Source of the DNA: a plasmid
DNA: 64,000 nt
Reading direction: 5' to 3' (one strand)
Sequence record: NZ_CP084013.1
The position numbers and the translations under genes were made by a program. The notes below the pieces were generated by a model. That model did no database searches. It saw only the letters and a list, made by a program, of their open reading frames with translations, and was not told where the DNA came from. This document shows, one piece after another, positions 19,702 through 29,793 of this stretch (within the stretch, counting starts at the first letter, position 1; each line of letters starts with the position of its first letter).

Positions 19702-20751
19702 TCAGCCCAACAAAACCCGCGACACCGCCCCCTCATCAGGCAACCCGGAATCCAACAATTCAGCCAAACGCGACGCAACACGATCGGCATCAACACCGGT
19801 GAACATGCCACCCATCCATTCGGACATCAGCGTCCGGACATGCTCGCAGTCGGCGGAATGCACGTGACGTGCGGGACCTTTGCTCTCATCCACTACTTCA
19901 GCCTCAAGGGGAATATCAGCCGACTCGCTCTGCGCAGTCTGTCGCGTTGGAGCATCGGTGCGAGGATAATACTTGATCCCATGCCTGAACGGTTCGGCCC
20001 TCAAATTCGGAGCCGCCTCCAAGACATTCGACAACGCCTGTTTGAACCTGCGCCGGAAGTCCTTCATCGGCAGGCCGGTGCCCTCGAACTGGTCATACAG
20101 TTGACGCCATGAAACGTAGGCGACGTGGTCGAGCCGGTATGTGCGGTACGTCAACCATATATAGACGTCCAACGCCCGCGCCGATTTGCCCAGACGCGAG
20201 ATGACATCCATGCTGAGTGGGACGCTTGGCTTCGACAGCTCGGCCCACATCTCGTCCGTGAACTGGATTGACGCGATGATGTCCTGTTCTGGCCTGAACT
20301 GTGTACGGCCTTTTCTGGCGACGGTGAACGGCGTGCATTCGCCTTTGTTCTCACGACTCTCGTCGGTGTTCATGATGGAGATCGAGGTTCGCGCCAAGTT
20401 CATCAGCGTGTCCTCCGTCTCTTTCTGACAGCCGGAGTGGTTGGATATTCCGGTGTTGTCGCAGAATTCCTGGAAGCTGCCACGAAAGACAACAGTGTGG
20501 GTGTCCTGATCCACGTCGGGATTGTTCTTCATGCGAATCATGGACTGCACGTAGAGGAATATCAGTCGCGGGGTTTTCCCGTAGACCCATTCCTCGGGGC
20601 GACTGGGGGTTATGCGGACTGTTTCCCGACCGTTCGTTCTCTCTATGTAGGATGAGCTTGGTTTCGACACGGGGAAGAGGGCGAGTTTCGCCATGAGCGG
20701 CGGTGCGCCCGTGTTCATTTTCGTTGTGGCGATGGCGTTATTATTGGTCAT
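19702..20751 (-). CDS. RepA-like iteron-type replication initiator (paralog 1)
   Basis: paralogous to 42011..42991 (shared MTNN start and DVYIWLTYRTYRL / DVYVWLTGTFRNL blocks); an iteron array lies immediately 5'; family assignment not verified. Confidence 0.5.
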   Translation of the reverse strand: MTNNNAIATTKMNTGAPPLMAKLALFPVSKPSSSYIERTNGRETVRITPSRPEEWVYGKTPRLIFLYVQSMIRMKNNPDVDQDTHTVVFRGSFQEFCDNTGISNHSGCQKETEDTLMNLARTSISIMNTDESRENKGECTPFTVARKGRTQFRPEQDIIASIQFTDEMWAELSKPSVPLSMDVISRLGKSARALDVYIWLTYRTYRLDHVAYVSWRQLYDQFEGTGLPMKDFRRRFKQALSNVLEAAPNLRAEPFRHGIKYYPRTDAPTRQTAQSESADIPLEAEVVDESKGPARHVHSADCEHVRTLMSEWMGGMFTGVDADRVASRLAELLDSGLPDEGAVSRVLLG

Positions 20752-20845
20752 GTGGTCGCTCCGTTTCAGCGATTGCCAGATACCCGGCCGGTACGAACGG
20801 TGCGGGTATCTTTTTTCTTTTCGTCGTTATTTTATCGCGTTTTTC

Positions 20846-21090
20846 TTAGAATTTTGACACCTTTCTTAGAATTCTGACACCAAATTTAGAATTTGGACAC
20901 CATTTTTAGAATTATGACACCTTTCTTAGAATTTTGACACCATCTCTGCGAATGCCATCGAACCACACCCCGATTGCCTACGATCAGAGCGGTCACAGCC
21001 TTAGAATTTTGACACCCTCGCTTAGAATTTTGACACCGACTCTTAGAATTTTGACACCCGTTCTTAGAATTTTGACACCGACATGGCCTC
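20846..21090. repeat. iteron array: about 9 direct repeats of TTCTTAGAATTTTGACACC (period about 22 bp) in two clusters
   Basis: five copies at 20846-20945 and four at 20999-21085, directly upstream of the rep gene. Confidence 0.75.
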
Positions 21091-21124
21091 TCAGCCCTTA
21101 TGGCAGTAGGGCTAAGCGGCACCC

Positions 21125-21163
21125 CCAAGTGATATTACAAGTGATATTACAAGTGAATATACA
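21125..21163. repeat. 3 tandem 13-bp repeats (AAGTGATATTACA)
   Basis: agtgatattaca agtgatattaca agtgaatataca, followed by the CT-rich ctctctcttaatctctctc. Confidence 0.5.
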
Positions 21164-21365
21164 AACTCTCTCTTAATCTCTCTCCACTTCGACCCGCGAT
21201 CCACCGGGATGCCGCTGACGCGGCAAATGCCACACGCTCTCCTGCACCTGTTTCGACCTCGGAAAAGAAGAATCCAGTCGGTTCGCTTGGCAGCGAACCT
21301 CAGAGCAAACAAAAAAAAAGACTGAATCTCGGACGAACAGGATTGCCGTACTCGTTCTTTCTAGT

Positions 21366-21404
21366 ATCGGTTAATTTCAATAAATCTTCGGTTAATAACA
21401 AAAC
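21366..21404 (+). promoter_or_regulatory. motif-2 copy with two CGGTTAAT half-sites
   Basis: atcggttaatttcaataaatcttcggttaataacaaaac upstream of the FtsK-like gene. Confidence 0.5.
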
Positions 21405-21415
21405 TCGAAGATAGA

Positions 21416-24400
21416 TTGACAATCATGGCAAGCAGAAACAGCAGGAGCAGAACACAGACCCGTCCTATATCGAGTGGCGTCTGGTTTTCGCTGTTTCTTG
21501 TCTTTGGAATTATCCTCTGGTTCTTTTGGCGCCTGCCCTTGGTCCCGTTCCTTTGGCTTGGCATGCTCGCCGGAGGAATCACACAACAGTATCCGGTCAA
21601 CGCTTCCGGAAGCCGCAAGGATCCCCCATCCGACAAGCAGATGATGGTCTACCACCGTTGGAAGGACATGCTTGCCGGTCTTATTCCGAATGCGGATTGG
21701 CTGGAGATTCGTCGTGTTTCCTGGTGGATGGGCTGGATGGGCGGCATGCTGCTGGGATTGAACGGTGCCGTCTGGATTGCCCTGGTGGATGGCCTGTTCG
21801 GTTTCATGCTCGCCCAAGGCTGGTCGCATTACAGGAATCGGCGCGTTGACCGTAGGCATGTCTACAAGGGCGTCAGTATTCCGGCGTTCCTGACCAAATC
21901 GCCCGCCTGGGCGCGGCTTTTGTCCGTCTCCATGGCGTTGCTGGTTTTCGCCGGGGTCCTGGTTTTCGTGTTGGCGGGATACATGAGCTGGCTGAGCGCT
22001 GTGACGCTTCCGGGGTTCGTGTTCCTGCTACTCGTATGGATGTTGGGGCGCAAACCGCAGTCCCGGTACTGGCGTGAGCTGGTCGAAGGGCAACAGCTGC
22101 TTGATGGTTGGCTTGCCGGGGACGATTTGCAGAAGGCATGGTCGGGAGCCTATCTGACGCAGGTCAACAAAATCGGTTCTTCGGATAATCCTCTGATCGT
22201 CTACCGGATTCGTCTGCAGGGGTCGGACGGTAAGCCTCGCTCGAACGAAGGAGTTTTCAAGCTCGGCGTGGAAGCGTTGCGGGCGCCGGCATTGGCGGAC
22301 GGATACCGTTTCGTGTGTCTACTGTCCGCCAAGCAGAAGAAGAAAGGGGCGGAACAGTTCGACCCGTCCAGTGTCCGTCTGGCGCTTGGCATGGACGAAT
22401 CCTGCATCCCCTCCATCGCGGAGAGAAAGGCCGGCGAAGGTCTTGCCTCTCTCGTCGCCGACATCGCCTATGCGCAAACCGCTTTCATCTGGCATAAACG
22501 CGCCCCGTTGACGTTGGCTCATGATGTGAGCGCCGACGAGAGCAAAGCCGCCTGGCTGTTGGAGATCATCACTCCCCCGCAGGGCGGGGATTCCATCGAC
22601 CGCATCAGCTTCGACTGGCTGGAGGGAGAAGGATCTCCTGCCGAGACTCTGCGGATGCCGGTGTTCGCCGACCTGCAGGACAAGTTCCACCTGGTTGCAT
22701 TCGACGATGCGAAACTATCCGACAAGGGCAACAAGTGGCGGCCGGACGGCATGACCCACAAGAAAGCCTTTGACGATTACATCACCATTTCCAAACGGTT
22801 CAAAAGCGACCAGTCCGCTTGGGTCAAATGCCTCCCGTCGAAACTCAATCCACCGGCACCCATCTACGACTATGAGAAAACCCAGGACTGCGACGGCTGG
22901 CAACTGCATTACCTGCCATTGGTACTCACCGCACCAGCCACGCCGTCCGACTACGAGCGTTGCGACCTTGGCCCATTGCAGCCGGAGGCACGGTTCATCG
23001 GACTCGTGGACGAAGGCTCCGACATGGCCGGACTGATCTGGTCCACCGGAAGCGCGCCCGTACGCATCGACCAGCTGACCGGCAACACCCCCCTTCACCG
23101 CAAGTATGCGGAAGCGTTGATATTCAAAACCCTTATCGACGTGCTTCCCGCAAAAGCGTCCGTGAACATCACGGCCTGCACTCCGCAAAGCAAAGACAAG
23201 CCGATTTGGAGCATCCAATTCCAATTAGGCAACGGCGCGACCGTGGAAGACGCCCGCAAACAGTCCGCCAGAATCCAATCGTCGGTCGGGGCGAAACATA
23301 TTTACTGGGAATGGCGGTCAGCCGACAGTGCGACCGTATGGCTGTGCGACGACCCGTGCCTGGATGTCAGGGACATCAGCCACTGGAATCGCAGATCAAA
23401 GCAAAAGCATCTCATCGAACTCGCCTTAAGCGACTCGTGGGGCGTGGCCGGAGTCAGCGATCCCAGCGGACGCACCCCCGATGTGGTCAGTCTCGGCGCG
23501 TTGCCAAGCAACCATGACGTGTTGTTGGCACGATTCCAGATTCCGGCCGGGTTGGATGTGGACAAGCCCTCACGGAACATAGGCAAGTTCCTGACCAGCG
23601 CAGACTACGCCTACGGGCGTATCCTCCCGCGCGGTGAGGAACACGGTTCGAACCTGTACGACATGGTGCTGGCGAAACGCAGCCCGTTCCCCACCATGGT
23701 CAACGCGGACTGGGATTTCGCCCGCCAGTCGAAACCACGCATGTTCCCGTTGGGCGTGGACGATATGGGCAAACCGGTCTACTGGAGCATGAAGGACACG
23801 TTCCACCTGCTCATCAGCGGCAAATCCGGAACCGGTAAATCCTCCATCGCGCAGATCGTGGTCGCCGAAGCGCTGCTCAAAGGCCATGACATCATCCTCA
23901 TCGACCCATCCAAAGGTTGCATCGACTTCACTCAATGGGCGAAACCGTTGGCGTTGGCGTTCGTCGGCTTGGGCCAGATGCGCGAAACCGAAGCCGTCAT
24001 CGCCTGGCTGCGCAACGAGATGGCACAACGGGTGAAACTGTTCAGCCGGTATGGTGTCGGCAGCATCTACGACCTCGACAAAAGCCAGCTCAATGAGGAA
24101 GAGCTTGCCCACACGAAACCCATCGACATCGTGTTCGACGAATTCAACAGCTACCTGCAAGAGGCCGGCAAGACCACGCAGAACCCGAACAGGGACATCC
24201 AGCTGGCCAACGACAATGCGGCCGTCAGCGCGACGAACAATTCGATACGACGCACCATGAGCGCTCTCGGCAAAATCGTCGTGCAGGGGCGTACCGCAGG
24301 CATCAGCGTCATCCTCGGCGCCCAGCGTCTGACCATGGACGACATGAAGCCGTACAACGCGAACGCCTTCTTCCGTTCGCTCGGCCGAATCCTGTTGGGT

Positions 24401-24823
24401 ATGGACTCCACGGCGGGCATCATCAGCGCGCAGAACCTCAGAGAGGCGAACCGGCTCCAACAGTCGTTGAAGGGCGAAGGCGGGAAAATCCCGCAGGGCC
24501 GCGGAATCTTCGAAACCGCGCAAGGCGAACTGCTGGCCGTCCAAACATGGTGGTCGGGAGGCCAAGAAAAGTTGGCGGAACTGTTCGCCGACCGCACTCC
24601 CCCGCAACCCATCGACTATTCGCGGTTCATGCCATCCGAAGCGGAAACCTACGGCGAAGTGTCCGAAGACGAACTTTCCAAGCTGCTCAGCCAAGGAACG
24701 GATCCACAGACAGCCGGCGAGGAAATCAACGACATGGACGAACTCCACGACATGCTCCACCACCCAGACAACAACGATGCCGATTCCGAAGACGGGGACG
24801 ACATCGAAGAAGTCGACTGGTAG
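21416..24823 (+). CDS. FtsK/SpoIIIE-like DNA translocase with N-terminal polytopic membrane domain (TraB/TcpA-like)
   Basis: about 6 TM helices; Walker A GKSGTGKS, Walker B IVFDEF, motor motif VILGAQRL. Confidence 0.7.
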   Translation: MTIMASRNSRSRTQTRPISSGVWFSLFLVFGIILWFFWRLPLVPFLWLGMLAGGITQQYPVNASGSRKDPPSDKQMMVYHRWKDMLAGLIPNADWLEIRRVSWWMGWMGGMLLGLNGAVWIALVDGLFGFMLAQGWSHYRNRRVDRRHVYKGVSIPAFLTKSPAWARLLSVSMALLVFAGVLVFVLAGYMSWLSAVTLPGFVFLLLVWMLGRKPQSRYWRELVEGQQLLDGWLAGDDLQKAWSGAYLTQVNKIGSSDNPLIVYRIRLQGSDGKPRSNEGVFKLGVEALRAPALADGYRFVCLLSAKQKKKGAEQFDPSSVRLALGMDESCIPSIAERKAGEGLASLVADIAYAQTAFIWHKRAPLTLAHDVSADESKAAWLLEIITPPQGGDSIDRISFDWLEGEGSPAETLRMPVFADLQDKFHLVAFDDAKLSDKGNKWRPDGMTHKKAFDDYITISKRFKSDQSAWVKCLPSKLNPPAPIYDYEKTQDCDGWQLHYLPLVLTAPATPSDYERCDLGPLQPEARFIGLVDEGSDMAGLIWSTGSAPVRIDQLTGNTPLHRKYAEALIFKTLIDVLPAKASVNITACTPQSKDKPIWSIQFQLGNGATVEDARKQSARIQSSVGAKHIYWEWRSADSATVWLCDDPCLDVRDISHWNRRSKQKHLIELALSDSWGVAGVSDPSGRTPDVVSLGALPSNHDVLLARFQIPAGLDVDKPSRNIGKFLTSADYAYGRILPRGEEHGSNLYDMVLAKRSPFPTMVNADWDFARQSKPRMFPLGVDDMGKPVYWSMKDTFHLLISGKSGTGKSSIAQIVVAEALLKGHDIILIDPSKGCIDFTQWAKPLALAFVGLGQMRETEAVIAWLRNEMAQRVKLFSRYGVGSIYDLDKSQLNEEELAHTKPIDIVFDEFNSYLQEAGKTTQNPNRDIQLANDNAAVSATNNSIRRTMSALGKIVVQGRTAGISVILGAQRLTMDDMKPYNANAFFRSLGRILLGMDSTAGIISAQNLREANRLQQSLKGEGGKIPQGRGIFETAQGELLAVQTWWSGGQEKLAELFADRTPPQPIDYSRFMPSEAETYGEVSEDELSKLLSQGTDPQTAGEEINDMDELHDMLHHPDNNDADSEDGDDIEEVDW

Positions 24824-24847
24824 CCAAACACAAAAAGGGGAAACAAC

Positions 24848-25567
24848 ATGCTCATCAACCTAGGAACAGACGTTCACGGGAAAAACCTTGGATGGGACAC
24901 GTCCACGGGAACGTCACTCACCATCACCGGGCCCGACGGAAGCGGGAAAACCATACTGCTTGACAGCATCATCCGACAGGCAGATCAGGACGGCACGCTC
25001 GTAACCTTCACCGACCAGCGGGACAGCATCCCACCCTCCCCCACCATCATGTGCGGACGCTACCGGCAACCCTATGAGCTACTGGAAATAGTGCAACGGG
25101 TCAGCATGGAACAGCGACGGCGCATCAAGGGCGAACCCGAGCCGATCAAGCCGATCAAGCCGATACTGCTCGCCTTCGATGACTATGACGTACACAACGG
25201 CTCCCCGGACATGAATCTGCTAAACGTCGGCAGTCAAATCTCCGACGAACTCAGCCGAATCATCGAAATGGCACCCGGAACGAACGTCAACGTGGTCATG
25301 GTCCGCAGCAGCATTCACCCATCCACAGTGGGTCAAAAGCTCTACGACCGGCTTATCGCCGGCAACCATGTGCTATTCCATCCGGCCGGACAGCTCGGCC
25401 CGCACACGCAACCTCTTTTCCACGCCGAAAACACCCGTGAAGCCGAAACCCTCACCTATCTCAACCGGCATTTGGACTTCAAACAGGCCCGCAATTGCCT
25501 GTACGAAACATCAGACAGGCCACTCCGGGCTTTCCATACCCCCATCTACAAGAGAAAGGAAAACTGA
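24848..25567 (+). CDS. small P-loop ATPase (degenerate FtsK-like domain)
   Basis: GPDGSGKT Walker A and LLAFDDYD Walker B. Confidence 0.45.
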   Translation: MLINLGTDVHGKNLGWDTSTGTSLTITGPDGSGKTILLDSIIRQADQDGTLVTFTDQRDSIPPSPTIMCGRYRQPYELLEIVQRVSMEQRRRIKGEPEPIKPIKPILLAFDDYDVHNGSPDMNLLNVGSQISDELSRIIEMAPGTNVNVVMVRSSIHPSTVGQKLYDRLIAGNHVLFHPAGQLGPHTQPLFHAENTREAETLTYLNRHLDFKQARNCLYETSDRPLRAFHTPIYKRKEN

Positions 25568-27414
25568 TGGCCGACCGTCGAAAGAAAATCCCTCTCGAAA
25601 AATTCTTCCCCAATGGTTTTGATAAAACCAATCCGGACGACATGATCAAACTCACCGTCCTCATCCAAGAGAAAGCCGCAAAGAACCCTGAGTTTGAAGG
25701 CTACAGCGTATTCAGCGTCGATTCCGACAACCGGTACGCGATCATCGCGCCGATGGATATGGATTCCGATGATATCAACAACGGAATCAAAGCCGTCAGA
25801 CTCAGCAACAGCGAATGCGCGGACACGGCTTCCCAGAAGAAGACGGTGCAGAACCTGGAAAGCCAACCCCAGTACGAAGGCTATTCCGTCGTCGATTTCG
25901 TTCGAATCAGTTCCAGCGAATTCCTTGTGTTGCTCCAACAGTTGGACGAGAAGGCCGCAGCCACCCGGCGTATATTCGCGAACGTTCTCAAGGTCAAGCC
26001 TTGGGAAATTCGTATCTCACGTACTCCTGAGAACGGTTGGAAAATCCGCATCAAGGAGAACACCGTCACCTATCAGGCCTCCGTATACGACAAGCGAATG
26101 CAGGAAGCCGTCGAAGTGGTCGGCAAAAAAGGCTGGTTCTTCAAGGCCGACCCCGAAAAAGGCGTCATCATGGTGTATCCCGGCACTCCCCCGACTTTTC
26201 CTGCGATGATAACCTGCCCGAAACAGCTGATCGGTAAAAACGACCTACGTCACGCCTATCTGGGCATGAAGCTGCCCGAACGAGGCCGCGAAACCGGCGA
26301 CTGGCTGTCACTCGACTGGAAGTCCGGCCCGGGAATCATGGTCGCCGCCGCAGCCAACAGCGGGAAAAGCGTTGTCATCAACACGCTCATCGCCGCCGCA
26401 CTGGAAGCCGGATTCCAGCTTGCCATCTGCGACGACGAGGACAAGAGCGTCGATTTTCAATGGTGCCGCCCATGGGTCATCACCCACGGCTGGGGTTGTG
26501 ACAGTCCCGAATCGGCTGCCGCGACGTTGATTCATGTGCTTGAGATCTGCTCCTACCGGTCGAAACTCATCAAACAGTACGGTGTCGAAAACTGGTGGGG
26601 GCTTCCCAAGGAAGAACAGGAAAAGAACCCCCTGCTGCTGCTTGTGTGCGATGAGGTGGCCCAATGGGCCGGAAGCGTCACCATTCCAAAGGTCAGCAAG
26701 GACAATCCGATGCGCATCCGAGCCGAGTATGAGGCAAGCATCCATGCGGCGAATATCACGTACGCGATGAAGATCACCCAGAAAGCCCGGTTCTCCGGTG
26801 TCTGCTTCCTGTTCTGCGGACAATCGACCCGCCTGCAGGACGGTTTCGACCCCGGTATGCGAGTCAATCTGACCACGGTCATCTCCCCTACCCTGCAACC
26901 CTCCACCGCTGTCGAAGAGCTGCTGGGAGGAGCGAAGGACTTCCCCGAGATACCGGAAAACATCATGCAACCGGGAATCTCCAGAGGAGCCGGCCTTATC
27001 AGGCTTCCCGGCATGAAACCCGTCATCTACAAGGGCTTCTACGAGGAGAACCAGAAGCAAAGGAAATCATACAGCGATCTGCTGCGTGAACGTCTGACCG
27101 CAATCCGACCGCCGGAAGGCGACATGAACTCGGGACACTGGTCATGGGATGAAATCGTAAATGCCCTGCCAACCGCCGCAGAAAAACCAGATGACGGCAT
27201 GATTGACCCCGGCGGGGATGAGGACGACGGGTTCCCCACAGACGGTTTCGGCGAGGACGGGCGTGATGTCGCAGACCGTGACAAGCCGTTGAAGGGTGCC
27301 GCCGCTGCGGCGCATGCGAGCAAACTGTATGCGGCTGGCGTTGATGTGCCGCACATGAGCGCCATCGATGCCGCTATGAATATCGGGCGCCTATCTGCCG
27401 AAAAAGGTCTATGA
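25566..27414 (+). CDS. FtsK/HerA-superfamily ATPase (soluble)
   Basis: Walker A AAANSGKS and Walker B LLLVCDEV; start taken at MADRRKK after a ggaaa RBS. Confidence 0.65.
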
Positions 27415-27422
27415 CATAGGAT

Positions 27423-29690
27423 GTGTTGATGTTGGCGAAGGATGATGATTGGCTGACGGCGGGGAATCAGTTGGATGATTCCCTGTTGATGGATGATTTG
27501 TGGGATGATGATGCAGCTCCACAGGATGACAAAGGCACAGCGTCACATTCCACTGGTTCCACATTCCCACAGGACAATGCGGAAACGCTTCCACAGAAAG
27601 GCGATGGTGCAGGAAGTAGTTCCAATGTACCCACAGTTCCGCAATCCAACAGGGAATCCATTCCCGGTGAAAATGCGAACACGTTTCCACAGTATTTTGA
27701 TGACTCATTTCCACAGTCTGACGAAAGCACAACCCATCAGTCCGACAGCAACCCATTTCAACAGGAAGACGTAGACCCATTCCAACAGGATGACAGTCAA
27801 TTGTCTACACAGGAGAAAGAGGAATCGTTTTCACGTTCCAATGATTCCACTGTTTCACGTTCCAACAGCGCATCACTTTCACAGGAAGACGCGGAAACGA
27901 TTCCTCATTCCACTGAACACACAGTTCCACAGTCCGACAAAACGACAGATTCGCAGGACAGCAAAGGCACAGCTTCACGTCCCATCAGGACGACAGCCCC
28001 CCAGAACACTGTCGACCCAGTTCAACAGGACACTGCGGATACGACTCCACAGGAGAATGCGAAAAACCCCGATCAGATAGACCTACTCGCCAACGGCTAC
28101 GACCCGTTCAAGGAATTCATCGACTCAGCAGAAGACCATAACGACAAGAAATCAGAAGAACAGTCTGCTGTTTCCGCATTTCCGCAGAACAATGAGGAAA
28201 CACGGGAACAAGGAAAAGGCCCGGAGGAATACGACCCGTTCGAGCAATTCGACCTGCAATCGGACGATTCCAGCGAACCGACAACGGAACAGAACGAACG
28301 TCGAGACGACAACATCATACAAGACAGTTCCGCAGATTCAAAGAAAAACGTTGATATGCAGGAACAGGGAGACATTGAAACTGTTTTCCCATCCAATGTT
28401 CCTATGCAAAATCAATGGAACAGCGAAACAGAAGAACAGTATGACAGTTCGTCCTTCCAACAGGAAGACAGTTCCCCAGTAAGACAGGACACTGGCGAAA
28501 CATACCCGAAGGACACGGACTCTGCGGATCCATTCGACCTTTGGGATGACCCATCCGAACCTCCGGAGGGGGGACCACAAACATCGTCCCCATCCGCCGG
28601 AAGCCTTGGCGCGGATGATTACCCAACGCAAACATTCCAGACGGGAGATGACTTTTGGAGCCAGACGGACGACGAATCGAACGATCAGTGGAATACAGGC
28701 CAGCAAACGAATGGCATGCCCCCGCAACAATTCGACAATCCGCCATTCCCACAGGTAAATGTCTTCCCAGTTGAACACCAGTATGATTCCCCATTCCCAC
28801 AGGAAAACACTGATACAGAAAATAGGGGAAATGGTGGAACGCTGATAAAGATTATCGCAGTCGCGGCCGCCATACTCATAGGCCTCGGAGCACTGATAGG
28901 CGGGGGAGCGTACACCTATCACGCATACACCACTCACGTCGCGGAACAGCAGGCCGAAGCCGACCGCAAACAGCGCCAACAATCCCTGGTGAAGGCACAG
29001 AACAAATGGGACGGGAGGAAACGGAAGGCCGATGACCTGGTCTCCACGATCAAAGCCAGTCCCGTCGCGGAAAACAGCGACGTGCAAAAAGCCATGGAAG
29101 CCCTCCAGAAAACAACCACAGGGAATCCGATGACTGAAAAAGACATCACATCGGCCCTGGAAAAACTGGACGGCGAATATGAGAAAACCAACAGAACCTA
29201 CACGGATGCAATGCAGGCAAAAGCCAAGGAAACCAGAACGACACTCGACGGTCTGGTACAGCAGGCAAATGGTCTTGCTGACGCTCCTGACGGCAACGAC
29301 AAGAAGCAGATGCAAAGCCTCGCATCCCAGTGGAAAAGCACGGAAATAACGTCTGACAACCTGTCCGACGCTATTTCGGCTTCGACCGAGCTGAAGAACC
29401 TCATCTCCAAAGTGGATAAAGCCAAGAAGGATGCGGACGCGAAGAAGAAAGCCGAGGAAGAGGCCAAGGCAAAAGCGGAAGCGGAACGACAGGCCCAAGC
29501 CCAACAGGAGCAGCAGCAGGCGCAGCAGCCTCAGCAGAATCCATACGGGAACATGTACTACTGGGGCGGGGGATATGGTTCGACTGGTGGATCAACCGGC
29601 GGATCAACCGGCAACAGTGGGGGAGGGGTATCCCCGCAACCGCAGCAGGAGATGCCACCCAAGGGCAACAGTGGCGGCAACGTCGGCTGA
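27423..29690 (+). CDS. repetitive acidic low-complexity protein (FPQ/FQQ repeats), single TM, C-terminal coiled-coil and Gly-rich tail
   Basis: about 20 repeats of short (F/V)PQ/Q-containing acidic units; TM LIKIIAVAAAILIGLGALIGG; Lys/Ala/Glu coiled coil; GGSTGGSTG tail. Confidence 0.55.
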   Translation: MLMLAKDDDWLTAGNQLDDSLLMDDLWDDDAAPQDDKGTASHSTGSTFPQDNAETLPQKGDGAGSSSNVPTVPQSNRESIPGENANTFPQYFDDSFPQSDESTTHQSDSNPFQQEDVDPFQQDDSQLSTQEKEESFSRSNDSTVSRSNSASLSQEDAETIPHSTEHTVPQSDKTTDSQDSKGTASRPIRTTAPQNTVDPVQQDTADTTPQENAKNPDQIDLLANGYDPFKEFIDSAEDHNDKKSEEQSAVSAFPQNNEETREQGKGPEEYDPFEQFDLQSDDSSEPTTEQNERRDDNIIQDSSADSKKNVDMQEQGDIETVFPSNVPMQNQWNSETEEQYDSSSFQQEDSSPVRQDTGETYPKDTDSADPFDLWDDPSEPPEGGPQTSSPSAGSLGADDYPTQTFQTGDDFWSQTDDESNDQWNTGQQTNGMPPQQFDNPPFPQVNVFPVEHQYDSPFPQENTDTENRGNGGTLIKIIAVAAAILIGLGALIGGGAYTYHAYTTHVAEQQAEADRKQRQQSLVKAQNKWDGRKRKADDLVSTIKASPVAENSDVQKAMEALQKTTTGNPMTEKDITSALEKLDGEYEKTNRTYTDAMQAKAKETRTTLDGLVQQANGLADAPDGNDKKQMQSLASQWKSTEITSDNLSDAISASTELKNLISKVDKAKKDADAKKKAEEEAKAKAEAERQAQAQQEQQQAQQPQQNPYGNMYYWGGGYGSTGGSTGGSTGNSGGGVSPQPQQEMPPKGNSGGNVG

Positions 29691-29793
29691 AAAAAACGGG
29701 AAAGCCGAGGCAATTGACCTCGGCTTTCCCGTTAATCCCATCGTTTTGCCGTGAGGGTGCCCCCGCCTTTAGGCGTGGGGAGGACGTCAAACA

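Noticed and set aside
20846-21090. CRISPR array
   Set aside because: The repeats are 19-22 bp iterons with very short variable spacing and no spacer-like unique segments. They are adjacent to a rep gene and no cas genes are present.
21416-27414. Type VII (ESX) secretion EccC split into EccCa/EccCb
   Set aside because: The first protein has about 6 TM helices and a long linker like FtsK/SpoIIIE, not the 2-TM EccC topology. No EccB, EccD or WXG100 genes are visible. Kept only as a loose analogy.
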